64,000 bases of DNA from assembly GCF_964355755.1 (NCBI RefSeq), contig NC_092676.1, positions 25,562,871 through 25,626,870 of the forward strand, given 5' to 3'. Shown one piece after another: positions 9,854 through 22,598 of this stretch. Both the position numbers and the translations under genes were made by a program. This DNA comes from Antedon mediterranea. Its lineage: Eukaryota; Animalia; Echinodermata. Positions within the stretch are counted from its first letter, which is position 1, and each line of letters begins with the position of its first letter. Under the pieces are notes generated by a model. It saw nothing but the letters and a program-made list of their open reading frames with translations. It ran no database searches and was not told the DNA's origin.

Positions 9854-12800
9854 AAACTGAAACTACACCGAATGAATGGAATGAAGGGATAATTATCCCA
9901 ATATTTTAAAAAGGAGATCGACGTGATCTCAACAACTATCGAGGTATCACACTTAATTCACGTGTTTCTAAAATTTATTATCGAATTATTGTATATAATA
10001 TTTCTTAAATTTTAGAAGAAAATGACATCCTTGGTGAAGTCCAATGGGGCTTTCGGACAGACAGATGTGAAGACCCCATTTTTGTCTTGAAAAGCATTAT
10101 CGCCACAAGGCGTGCTGAGGGTAAAAAAAACATTTCTAGTCTTTTTGAACTTTAAAAAAGCCTTTGTTTCAGTTTGGCGATAAGGGTTAATTACTGCTGC
10201 CAAAAGAATTGGTATCCGTGGTAAACTTCTTAACTTAATAAGAAATATGTACTATGATTGATGAGTTTTGTTCAATGACTTTAGTCATTTTAGCATTAAT
10301 GAAGGAGTGAAACAAGGCTGTTCATTGTCACCAGTTCTTTTTCTATTTACATTAACGAACTAAATAACCTAATCAAAAGTTATAAACTAGGTGTTCAAAT
10401 CTATGACACACAAATAGGTGCAATATTCTTTGCTGATGACGTGGTTTTTAATCGGTGACAATGAGTCAGAACTTGTGAAACTACTTAAAGTAACAAGTGA
10501 TTATTCACAAAAATGGAAATTAGAGTTTAATTTTGACAAATCAAATGTGCTCAGGTCACAGGGCAAAGAGTTAATCCACATAGAACATGGAGCCTTGGTA
10601 ATCATTATATCACAGAAATGGAAATGTATAAATATCTTGGTGTAATAATATTACGTTCATACAGATTCAGACAATATCGTTACAATTTGTTTTTGTTTTT
10701 TGGGCCTATTGTAAACCAAGTGTTTTAAAACTACTTATATAAAAAATCCTGTACCCTAATCTTAAATACAGTTACATATTACAAATAAGGGATAATAACT
10801 CTTAACTTTTTTGGAAAAATAAAGCGTTTTGGTTAAGTAGTTTTTTAGCAAATGTAATTTTAGTTTTAATGTTACATTCTGACTGCTCAGGAAAGGTTTG
10901 GCGACTTCGAAAATTTTCCCCTATCCTTTAACACTATCCGGTCACTGACAAACCAAAACACTGCTTCAAAAAAGGGGCTGTGCCGACAAAGTATCTGAAC
11001 CAATCACATTTTACATTAGGTCATTAGAAAGCTTGATTGATTAGCTTTTGCATGGTGGAACAGCCAATATCATTGGATAACTAGGTCAAACGTTATGAAC
11101 GTTTTTGTAAAAATCTCAACAAATTGGCAGAACAAGCCTATTCTTTAAAACAGGGCAATTTTCAAATCGTCTAACTTTAAAAATCAATGCCGACGAAGTT
11201 TTTTTAAATTAAAATATTAAAAAATGTTTAAAATAACATGTTATTGTAGGTACTTAATTAGGCATTACAATGTCGAAACAGCCATAAAAATCGGTCAATT
11301 AATAACAAAGTTACATTGAAAAACCAAAAAAATTGCTGTTTTTTGGTGATTTCATGCCGTTTAGCGGAAATCGCCCGGATTTTTGGGTACATAAAACAAA
11401 TAATAAAAAAGGGAAATAGGATAATAGCCTATAGCTTATTACCTCTATTGTAAACAATCAGAATGATTTCAATAGGGTATAGCATACTACGGTCATCTTT
11501 TATGGAGAACAAGGACTACCAACAATTAATTACGCCTCTGCAATATGGTTATGTAACTTTAAAGGCTCACTAAATAAGTTAGAAAATTTACAATACCAAA
11601 TGGCTTTGAAGGCACCAAGAAACGTTGATGGTGACCTAGGATGGGAGACACTCTACACCATTCAAAATAAGTTTGGGATGTCCTACTTTAACAGAATTTA
11701 AAATATGGACGACCAAATGTGTCAAAAACTCCTATGTAAATCTATAATGGATGTAGAAGCTAAGGTGAAATGGAAGTGGATTAACCATATCAAAGATTTA
11801 TTATGTAAATTTGATTTAGGAAATAAGTTTAATTTAAATCCGGAAAGTCAATGGTTTAAGAGTTTTACACATGCCAACTCTCTAGAAAATATTAAGGAAT
11901 GGTTAAAAGGTGCATAAACAAAGTAAACCCTCTCCGAATATTTGAAATATAAACACGAACCTAAAGCATGCTTGATATGGTGAATTTTGACTCCTTTAGT
12001 TTAAAGTTTAAAGCGAGGTCTAACTCTCTTGATTTAGAAGGTAGATAAAATACATGGTCAGAAAATGAGCCTGGTTTTTGCAAGCTATGCAACAATCAGG
12101 TAATTTAAACTACAGACCATTTTCTACTTGAATGTTCAAACCTTAAAAATGTAGGAGATACACATTTTAACTAAAAATTGATTTATTGTATTGTGGTTAT
12201 GATACATTCTGGGAGAATTTTAGAAGTGGTACAATCGACTACCAACATCATATTTCCATTTGAGAGAATAGGTGAAATTGTAGACAATCACTGTAAACAA
12301 TACTTAGCTGCTGCATGGAGACATAGAAAGACTACACTTATATAATTATATATATAATATATAAATGTTTACCGCCCACCATATTATCTACTAACTTTTA
12401 TTTTACCATTTATCTAATTCAATAATATATATATTATATATATTTTTTTAAATTTTGTTTTCTTTCTCCAAAATTATATAATCTAACCTAAATCTAAATT
12501 AAATAATATAAATAAATAATACAGTACGAAAAATAAGACTAAATAATATAATAAAAATAGTATCACGTTTAATTAAATTACAAATAACTATTAAAATTAA
12601 ATATAATAAGAACAAATAATCATATAACAGTTGCATTAATTTTAATAACAACAGTATATTAAAATTAATTATCAATTATATTTTTTAATAATAATAATGA
12701 TAATATTCGCTTTAAACTTGAAAATATTAATAATACTGACAACAAAAATAATGATAATAAATAGATAATAAAATTAACTACATCATATAGGTCATATAGA

Positions 12801-12955
12801 TTGTTCGATCTGTAAGATTATCTTGTTTTTACTATTTCATTTTACTTGTATAATTCGCTTCTTATTTAAGACTTAAATGTCTTTTCTTTTTGTGTTTAAA
12901 TTGCCTTATAAACGCTGATACAAAAGCGTTTGTTCAATAAAAGTTTTAGTTTTTT
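9854..12955 (+). mobile_element. 5'-truncated decayed non-LTR retrotransposon (LINE; RTE-X/CR1/L2-like RT)
   Basis: Motifs PNEWNEGIIIPIF, NYRGITL, QWGFR, GVKQGCSLSPVLF, FFADD, YKYLGV, and C-terminal CKLC..DHFLLEC; AATAAA then a short T-rich tail; candidate TSD agcattatac (9844)/agcatcatac (12956). Confidence 0.88.
10686..11400. mobile_element. ~715-bp insertion nested in the LINE
   Basis: Short inverted ends TTTGTTTT/AAAACAAA; removing it restores the in-frame read DNIVT-IIKKG. Confidence 0.6.
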
Positions 12956-14371
12956 AGCATCATACTTATAAAATAATTGTAAACTCGGATCGAATGACCT
13001 TTAACAGTCCAATAGGAATATTGTGTAAACATAGCAAACGATAAAGCAAATATCAATACATTAACTTTAAAGCAATATCTCTCTTTGAACTCAGTTTATG
13101 ATTACAAATGGATTGTTTCGAAAATTTACCAAAAAAAGATAGGCCTAATTTGATGATTGGAGTGTTGGTTTTCTTGCTAATCATTTTATATGTATTTGTC
13201 AAACGTTCCGCCTACTAATAGTAAATATATTGGTTTGCTTTTGCACTCATTAGGTTCATAGTTACCACCTTTATAAAGAGTATCTGACTAAACAAACAAG
13301 GTAGATGAAACTCCCTAAAAACAAAATGTTAAATATAACGTTGAGAGGAATACGGTGTGAGTAAAAGAAACTAGATTTAATTCATCCCTATGACGAATTA
13401 TAAGTTATATGCATTGATTTAAATAAGGATAATTTAATTTTTTAAAGATAGTAATTCATTGATTTTGTCAGAATTTATAATTAGTAAAGAAAGATAAAAT
13501 CTTGTTGCCGCAAACACTGAACATCGAGCCACCATACACAACCAGAGATCCTTCCGCGTACGTCGTAAACCATTATGCATATAGATAATTACAATAATGA
13601 AAACATAAATCACTTTTCTCAAAATTTCATTATAAATCATACGTATAACTTATACACTAAGAAACCAAATTGAACAAATGCGGATATAAAACAAAATATT
13701 TATTCGTAAACGCGATCTCGGTACCACGAATATTATTAGACGTGATCAATTTGGAATATTGACATTCATTAGAATTTAAAAAACATCTACTTTGTACACC
13801 AATGTATCATATATAATAATTGTCATAGTATGTCTAAAACAAGCAAAATTCCATTCATTCGGTTGTCACTCGTGACTTCATCTCCTGACTAATGTAAAAT
13901 AATTCATCAATTATTAATAAACAATACAATATCAGTATTACTTTTTGGTACTAGAGGTCAAATGAAAATAAGATCAAATTGTTTATCTTACCCTTTGTAC
14001 GCCAAAATTGTACAAGATATCTAAAAATTAGGCTTTACAAATAACTTTTAAAAATGGAGGTCCCCTTTTATTCCGAGAAGCTCATAGAGATTTAAAAAAA
14101 TGGCATGTTTACACAAATAATTGTTTAGCTTGACGTGGAAATTTAAAGAAAACAATATAACTGTATCAGCTTTATAAAGCAAGTTTTTATTATGTGAATA
14201 ATATTTAAAAAAATGTGAGATTGAAATGTGCTTAGATAATAGGTACAAAAAATCTGTACGAAGAGAAAGATCTGCCGAAATTCAGAAAATAGGAATTGAG
14301 AATAGGAAGTCTGGTGATAGCTTTTGCAATGTGAAATTTCATTACTTGCAGATGAATCATACATAAATTCA

Positions 14372-15265
14372 TCAATCGAAATTTATACTATCTATATCTT
14401 CATAACTTAGGCCTTGATAATAATAAAACGGTATTCCGTTGTTTCCTCTATCTCCTGCAGCTTCACCCTCCTCATCCTGCTGCTGCTCCTCTTGTTCACA
14501 CCGCTGCTCCTCTTCATCATCCTGCTGCTCCTCCTCACCCTCCTCTGGTCGATGAACCGAATGAAGATTATTTAATGATATACAGACAATTTCTATCAAC
14601 CGATTTCGTCTTCGGAATGGATTCATTAGTGCTAAAAACTTCGTTTTAATCCCCTTTCTGTTTTTCTTTTTTATTCTTATTTTAAGATTTGTTATTTTCT
14701 TAGCTCGAGCCTTTAAATCTCTTTCAACACTGGATACTTCTGTAATCCTTTGTGTAAGCGTACTTTCAAGATTTTGTAGTTGTTGAGTAACGTTTTGTAA
14801 TTCATTTTTTAGTTCGTCCCTCGTTCTTGCAAGGTCTTCAATTTGTATAGCTCGGGCATCTGAATTTGTCATCATCTCATCCATCATTGATTTAATTTCA
14901 TTTAGGCCTTGTTCATTTTCTACCTTGTTAAGAGCATCTTTCAGTCTTTCAATGTTCATGTTGTTTCTAGTAAAAGTTCGCCCTGATTCTATAGCTTTAA
15001 TCAAGCATTCCTTAGCGTTATTAACCAAAAAATCCGGTGGAAGTTCTTCTAAACCATTCATTGGAATTTGGGTTTCCCTTCTACACAAAGCACATTCAAT
15101 TTTGAATTCATTAGGGTCCTCTCTACATTCTTCATATTGAATTATGCATTTTAAGCAAAACGAGTGTCCACACAAAAGACGTTTAGGCTGTTCCATTTGC
15201 TCCAAACACATTTTACATTGAGTAATCTCCTTTAAAAATGTAATTGGGTCGTCTGGCTCTGCCAT
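14372..15265 (-). CDS. Intronless RING + coiled-coil TRIM-like protein lacking B-box, gene A (297 aa)
   Basis: RING CKMC..CGHSFCLKC..CALCR; TRIM-type linker IPMNGLEELPPDFLVN; heptads; basic patch; acidic E/Q tail. Confidence 0.9.
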   Translation of the reverse strand: MAEPDDPITFLKEITQCKMCLEQMEQPKRLLCGHSFCLKCIIQYEECREDPNEFKIECALCRRETQIPMNGLEELPPDFLVNNAKECLIKAIESGRTFTRNNMNIERLKDALNKVENEQGLNEIKSMMDEMMTNSDARAIQIEDLARTRDELKNELQNVTQQLQNLESTLTQRITEVSSVERDLKARAKKITNLKIRIKKKNRKGIKTKFLALMNPFRRRNRLIEIVCISLNNLHSVHRPEEGEEEQQDDEEEQRCEQEEQQQDEEGEAAGDRGNNGIPFYYYQGLSYEDIDSINFD

Positions 15266-15823
15266 GTTGTACTTACTTACGATTTAAACTTTTAGCCCTT
15301 ATATAATAACTTTATAGGGAGCTGACCTGCTTTCTTCGGTAAAAACAGTAACCAGTCAAATTGATTAACGGACAACCACGTTTCGTACGTCTCACCACGT
15401 TTCAGTACAGTTTAATTATTCTGCGTTATTTCCACCACGATACATTTCCGCGCCTATATTTTGTAAGCATCAGTTTAGGTATCAGTTCGTAGACAAAGAT
15501 TGTCATCTAGAATAAACAAGGTCTTCCTTTTAATTATTATCAATGATGTGATTATTTATCAAAAGACAAAACTTATCTGTTACTGTCCATCGGTTTCCTA
15601 CCCTAAAAAACTTTCCATCGGGTAAATCCACTTGAATGTTGGATATTTGAAGATGAATATGCGTCTTTTAAACACCCCCATTTGTAATGGGTTCGTCGGT
15701 GCATGTCATTTCGTGAGTGGCTGGCCGCCACAACAATAAAACAGGTCAGATAAAAGATCTCTGAATACAATTTTCGGCATCGATTATTGTTTTCGACTTT
15801 CGACAATTCATTTTCACGTCAAA

Positions 15824-16951
15824 ATGTCAACATACGCGGATTCGGAGGAATTGGTTAGATTTTCTACAATATGTTCAATGTGCCGTGAAACAAAGGTAGA
15901 TCCCAGACTTCTTGAATGTGGTCATTCGTTTTGCTGTAATTGTTTAGATCAGAAACATAAAACCATGCAAAAGGCGAGTAAATCATTCTTTGCTGTCGAT
16001 ACTAACATTAGGTGTGTTGTTTGTCATAGTTCAAGTATAATTCCTAAAAAGGGTGCTAAGGAACTTCAAAAGCCTAATTTGATTGCTACCGCAACTGAAT
16101 GTTTTAATATAGCTCAGCAAAATGCATTCATTTTTGTTAAACTTCCAGCATGCACAAACCCTCTTCATAACGATGTCTTGTGGTGTGAAACATGTATGGT
16201 TTACATATGCAGTAGGTGTTCACATAGGCCTAGGCGAGAAGATCATAATCAGTACTGCCACTTTAGTTCAAATATCGATTTCTTAGAGGCCCATGAAAAG
16301 GTGAAACAAAGAATACGCAAAATTGAAAGAGAAAATAAACTATTAAAAGAGTCCAATGAATCAATAGGACAAAAAAAGGAACAAAGAGCCAGGCAACAAG
16401 TACAAAAACTTCAACGATTGAAAACACAGAGCGACAGTGACTTACAAACGGCCAAGCAACAAGTACAAGAACTTCAACGATTGAAAACACAGAGCGACCG
16501 TGACTTACAAAGGGCCAAGCAACAAGTACAAGAACTTCAACAATTGAATGAACAAACCGAGAGTGACTTTAGAAACGCTTATGAAAGAATACAACATGTT
16601 GATTTAACGTTGGAAAAAGTAAACCAGCTTAGAGACAATTCTGAAACACAAACTAGAGACATACACGATCTTGAACAAATAAAAGAACAAAACAATAGTG
16701 TAGTACAAAACGTAAAACAAAAAATAGAAGATCTTGAAGGTAAGATGGAAGAAATTAACCTGAAAACTTCCAGTCTTAAAGAAGATTCTGATGCTCAAAC
16801 TAAAAATTTAGAAATTCTTGAAAGAAAGCAAGAACAAATTGAATTACAAGAGCACACTCAAAAAAGAAAAAAGAAAATAAATGTTTTTTCTGCAGCGAGA
16901 AATCGATTCCGAAGACGAAGACATAATTCTTTCGATGATTTCATTGGGTGA
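15824..16951 (+). CDS. TRIM-like RBCC gene B, copy 2
   Basis: Protein identical to 816-1943. Confidence 0.92.
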   Translation: MSTYADSEELVRFSTICSMCRETKVDPRLLECGHSFCCNCLDQKHKTMQKASKSFFAVDTNIRCVVCHSSSIIPKKGAKELQKPNLIATATECFNIAQQNAFIFVKLPACTNPLHNDVLWCETCMVYICSRCSHRPRREDHNQYCHFSSNIDFLEAHEKVKQRIRKIERENKLLKESNESIGQKKEQRARQQVQKLQRLKTQSDSDLQTAKQQVQELQRLKTQSDRDLQRAKQQVQELQQLNEQTESDFRNAYERIQHVDLTLEKVNQLRDNSETQTRDIHDLEQIKEQNNSVVQNVKQKIEDLEGKMEEINLKTSSLKEDSDAQTKNLEILERKQEQIELQEHTQKRKKKINVFSAARNRFRRRRHNSFDDFIG

Positions 16952-18562
16952 AGACAGCTTGTGCGGCAAGATGCGGAGCAATCAAAACTCAAACAGTAGC
17001 CTACATTGTATTACAAATTCACGTGTAGATCTCAGTAAATTATCACATTTTGTAAATTTCAGAACAAACAATTTAGGTTCTTTGGATTTTTAGGCCATAA
17101 TGTAGAGTAAATGAGTAAATAAAGTAATAAACTCCCAATTCTAAACTTGTTTTCAAAATTTAATGTAACATTATCGGAGTTTAATAATCAAATCTAGCTA
17201 AACCATGTACGCCTACAGTTGTTTTTTTTTCCCAGTCTTTTTGCAATTGTGTGAGCTGGGACAAATATTTATTAGAAAGTCGATTAATTAAATATGTATA
17301 ATTTAGTTAAATTGAAGTTTCCCTGTTGTTTGTAATAATTGGAAGCTACAATTACGTTGTTAGTATTCTTTTAAATACGATATCACCAGACGTTTTATTG
17401 TTGTTGTTTCCGGCGCGGAAAATATGGGTGCACACTGAAAGGCGGAAAAAACGATGCCAGCTCATTATTTCACTTTTTAAACAATACAAAAATGTTTAAT
17501 TACAAACATCATGTAGACCTTTCTTTTAAAACTATTTATCAAGAGTAAAAGAAATTAGAAATGTTGGGATATTTTTTGTTTAACGAAAATGTCGGGAGGA
17601 AATTGTATTTTATCGGAAGATTATTCAAAAAAAGTAAGGTATGCTTTTCAATCAAATTTTAGAATTAATAAATTGATACTAAACTGTATATGAAGATAAC
17701 TTTTATTGACTATTGTATTATTTTTTCTCTGTGTTAGTTTCAACATCTTGCAAGCATATCATCGTATGAGTATTAACTACTAATAAACAGGTGCAATAAA
17801 TTAAATTTAACCCCCATTATAGATAAGCCGATAGTTTGAATCAATAACGAGGCATATACTGACCGTATTAATTCGTAATTAATTTCTGTAATTTTTGGAA
17901 AGTGCCGAAAACGTTACAGTTAAATCAATTAACCCATATCAGGATTACTGTACATTGGTCCAATTGTTTTTTCCCCATTAGACTGCACGCATCCGTACTG
18001 GGGTATAAAAATGACTGTAATTCATTGCACTCGAAATGTTTAAAGTTTGAAACATTATCCGCCATCCCTGGAGGGAGGTTGGAGGGTTTGGGTGGGAGAG
18101 TAATGGCGTTTCAAAATTACCGGAATCAGTGTACGAATGTTTTAAATACATTGAAAACTGCCAGGGAGAGGTTGTGGGTTGTGACGGTAATGGAGTATCA
18201 ACATGGCCAGAATTACTCTGAATTTGTTTGCAGTTGTCCGATTTAGTTGGGAAACGGAAACTCATAGTCCCCCAGTCTTCATTTCATAAATCTTACTTTG
18301 TATAAAAGTACTATGTGGTTTATTCGAGTATAATATGCATATTCATTATAATTGAACATAACGATATTGCAACAAGTGATCTATAAATTGTGAACTTGCC
18401 GGTACTGTCAACAGATAAAGTGATAAAATGTCTAGATTAAAAACTAATAGCGTCAATTATGATTTCGCTTTTGATTAGGTTTATTCACAAACTATAATGT
18501 TTGTGACTTCGTAAGAATTTACAAAGTTAAGTTGTGTTCAGGACCACCATCGGAAACTCACA

Positions 18563-18885
18563 AGTGAGTGAGTGGCCGAGCGGTTAAGACAGTGGAACCG
18601 TAATCACGTAGCCGTAACATCGGCAGGGGTTCGAGGCTCACTCACTCCATGGTTCTGGTGGTAGAACGAGTCTTCTCGGATAAGGACTATAAACCGTAGG
18701 TCCAGTGTACACAACTTGCTCGTGTGCACTTTAAAGAACCTAGTACATTTTTCGAGACGAGTAGGGGGTTACCCCGGTGTATTAGTACATCACAGCCACT
18801 GATCACCAACTGGGCCCTCTGGGAGATCAGTCTTTGACTGAAGAGGTCACCCAGTATAAAGATAAAACAAACAAACAAACAAACA
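18563..18885 (+). mobile_element. V-SINE-like SINE, copy 2
   Basis: Copy of 3556-3878. Confidence 0.8.
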
Positions 18886-20098
18886 AGACAAACATACACA
18901 CAAGATGCTCTACATAAACAAAGTCTTATTACAAGTCTTTGGGAGTGGAGTTTGTCCTTAGAAAAAATCCTGACATGTGACGGGACTTGAACCCAGGACC
19001 CTTGGAGTGTTTATTTTTTGTTTGATTGTTTGTTTTATTGTTTGTTGTCCATGGTCAATATCTCATTGCTATGAGAATGTACATGTAATTTCCAGACCAT
19101 ATGCACTGATTATTATTATGTACCTAACTGTGTTCGTAGGGTGTACAAATAAATGAATGTTTATGATTTGAATAGGAAGTGTGCTCCACGAAAAAATGTT
19201 TGTACCCGCTATAGGTTAAATGTCAAAATAAGGTGTTTTTAAACATTTTGTGTATTTCTGTTGTATTAGAGCAAATATAATTATATATATTGCGAGAAAT
19301 TTGAGACTAAAATTATAACTTTCTGACTAGTGGTTGCTGAGATATTGATTTGGCTATTTTCTTGACCAATGGTCAAAAATAAAGTTTCACAGTCATTTTT
19401 TGGCAAAAGTTGTCCATTAAAGTGATAGAAATATGTATATTTTGAGTGTTTTGACACCAACTATGACCATATCTACCCACAAATTTCTGAGATATGAAAA
19501 GTGTGCTCCAAGCCAAAAATATTTGTGCCGGCTATATGTCAAAGGTCAAAATTAAGGGTTTATTGACAGTTTTATGATTTTTATTACATTAGAACAAATA
19601 TAAACATATACTTTGCGAGTAATTTGAGACCACAATTATCACTTTCTGACCACTGGTTGCTGAGATATTTATATGTCCAATTTATTGACCAGTGGTCAGA
19701 AAAGGGGTTTCTGTCCACTTTTGGCAAAAGTTTGCCATTAGATTGAATAGAAATATGGGTCTTCTGAGTAGTTTGATACAAAAAAATATTCCAATACACC
19801 CAGTAGTTACCAAGTTACGCAAAGTCTTAACTTTGACCATATTGACCTTTTGGCCCTTGTACTGACCGAGCATCCCAATTTTTTTCGGCCAACAGCAAAA
19901 AATTGATTTGTATTGATATAAGGAAGCAAAAAAACATTGTTGGCATAGTTTGCTAGAGGGTGCAGGTAAACCCCTTGTGGCTCCCCAACTATACGTAGGT
20001 CGCACAATCAGCATCTTGATACTACTGTACTTTATTCCTCTCTTTAAAGTGTAGACCTATAGCTAGGCCTATGTACTTAATAGCAATGTTAGATAAAC

Positions 20099-20703
20099 AT
20101 GTCGGTGATATACAAGAATGCTAAGATCAATAGAATGCATAGAATAGATGATGGATGTGTTCTATACAGTGATACACTCAAAAAGAGTGTCGTAATGTGT
20201 AATAATAAATTTGAAGAAATATCTCAATTTGGCAAACAAATATTGAAAGTCCTCCCTAAGTGTTTTTAATTTCGATATTGACGATGGTAACCTTCTGGGT
20301 AAGATAGGTTCAAAAGGTAGTGAAGAAGGACAACTGTATATTCCACAATATGTCACCCTAATAAGGGAAGGTAATTTAATGATTACTGAGTCTGGTAATA
20401 ATAGAATACAACTGTTTGATGCAAATGGTATGTATTTAGAAACACATATTGATCCGGGCGAAGAAGATGGGAAAGTCCTTTGTGTATAGTAATGGACACG
20501 GATGAAAATATAATTGTATCCAGTGCTCATAAACTACAATTATTTGATAAAAAATGGTGTTTTTGTCAAACGAATAGATAATAAAGATGATGGAATTTGA
20601 TGAAATTAAATTTCCATGCGGCATTACAATAATCGCTAATAGACCAAGACGACTGACAATTGCAAACTTAGGAGAAAATAATGTTAAAATATTTAATTAC
20701 TAA
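20099..20703 (+). pseudogene. NHL pseudogene (48-bp deletion type)
   Basis: Copy of 5092-5696. Confidence 0.85.
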
Positions 20704-22598
20704 ACAGTATCTTGCTTACTAAATAATTGTAAACACAACTCGAATGATCTCCAAGTGGAATATTCTGTAATCATAGAAAACAATGATACAGAAGAAAATA
20801 ACAATTACACTGTAAGATAGCAAATCCCCTTTGAACTTATCCAATGATAGACTATGGTATTTATGGTGCACTCAAAATCATATTGACAATCAATCTAGTG
20901 TAGCCTACACACTTTATAACCAATGATAAATATTTATTTCTAATTGATAGGTCCATTTTTATATCTTTATTTGTTGTTCTAGATAGTTTATCCGATTGTA
21001 TATAGTTTAATTGTTGTTTTATTAGGATCACGTGAGTAAACACTGCACATTGCAATACAGAATTATAAATTCTTATGAAACAAGTGCATGTTTGCCGACA
21101 TCGTGGCAATTTGTTTTGAATTTCAATATTGACTATGGTAAAATTTTGGGAAAATAGGTTCAAAAGGTAAAGGGGCAACTGTATATTGCACAAGGTGTCA
21201 CGTGTTTGCCGAACCGCTGCACATATACCATTATAATAAAGTTGAGTATTTGTTCATTCATTTTTTATTGTTCCACATAAAGTAAGAAAAGAAAATGATC
21301 AAGAAAAAACCTGTCTTTGTTTATTTGTGGAATCTCAACTAAGCCAAAAAGAGCTTTAAGTCTGAGTTTCCAAAAGACATTAAGGGCCTACATTGTACAT
21401 GGTAACGTAAAATTGCTTTCTAAAAAAAAAAACAGAAAAGTCAAATAGATTTTATTAGAATATCAATAGAATAGAAAAAGTAAGATATAAATTCCATTCA
21501 GAGTAAACTTATTAACTATCTAATCAATATTAATGGATAAATATTTTTTGTATTTTTTTTTTTCAAAAAGGTTGGTGATGATTTAATATTATATCCTTAT
21601 TTTGTTTTATATATCATCGACATAAAAAAAAGCTTGCATTAAATGATCACGTGAATAAACACTGCAATACCCCACCAGAGGATTTTTTTTATATTTTTAT
21701 CTAATGTTAACAATTTATAACATAAGCACCTATAGTTATTTAAAAGGAGTCAAATAATAAAATATTAGAAACTTGTTCGTATTTTGTTGTCTTTATTATT
21801 TTACACACTCCAAAATAAGGTTTATTATTTTTTAAAGGCCTATACGGTACCGTATTGTTTCCACCTATTTGGCGACATATACACCATGACATGTTGATTG
21901 TTATGTAGGCAGACAATAAATAATATGTCGATACGATATTATACTTAAGGCTATACTACAAAAAGTCAAACGTTGAAAGCTTAAAGGCCAGGTGCGGGCA
22001 AAACATTTCTATTGATCATACATTCCAATAATTATCGATCTATAGTTTCCCCTATGTTTCATAATTTTTTGGGATTTTATTTGTGTTACACGAGCTTGTT
22101 GAAAATAAGCACTTTCTTATCAGTGGGGGGATAGTTCAAATTACACAGTAAAATCTCTATTCTTTTGTACACACATTTTGTAAATAGAGAGGCATTTTTT
22201 AAAAGCTATGAAAAATAAACGGTGTGGTAAAAAATGTTATCAGATGACTAAATATAGGTAATATAACTTGAATATTACATTTCTGATATTTTTATTCAAC
22301 TTCAGATATTTATTTTCATGCAAAAGCAAAAATTATCCACCGTATATCCCCCATCTTTTTTCACCGTCTAGGGAGTCACAAGACATGTTATTACAAAAAA
22401 TTGATTTGTATTGATATAAGGAAGCAAAAAAACATTGTTGGCATAGTTTGGTAGAGGGTGCAGGTAAACCCCTTCTGGCTCCCCAAATATACGTAGGTCG
22501 CACAATCAGCATCTTGATACTACTGTACTTTATTCCTCTCTTTAAAGTGTAGACCTATAGCTATAGGCCTATGTACTTAATAGCAATGTTAGATAAAC

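Larger units (their letters stand above)
1..15008. repeat. ~15 kb tandem segmental duplication, period 1 (phase set by window start)
   Basis: Window start tccttagcgtt recurs at 15009 and 30034; ORF set recurs at offsets of about +15,008 to +15,028 with only scattered SNPs/indels. Confidence 0.97.

Noticed and set aside
12340-12800. Extremely AT-rich tract
   Set aside because: Low-complexity sequence within the LINE 3' region; no clear periodic structure.
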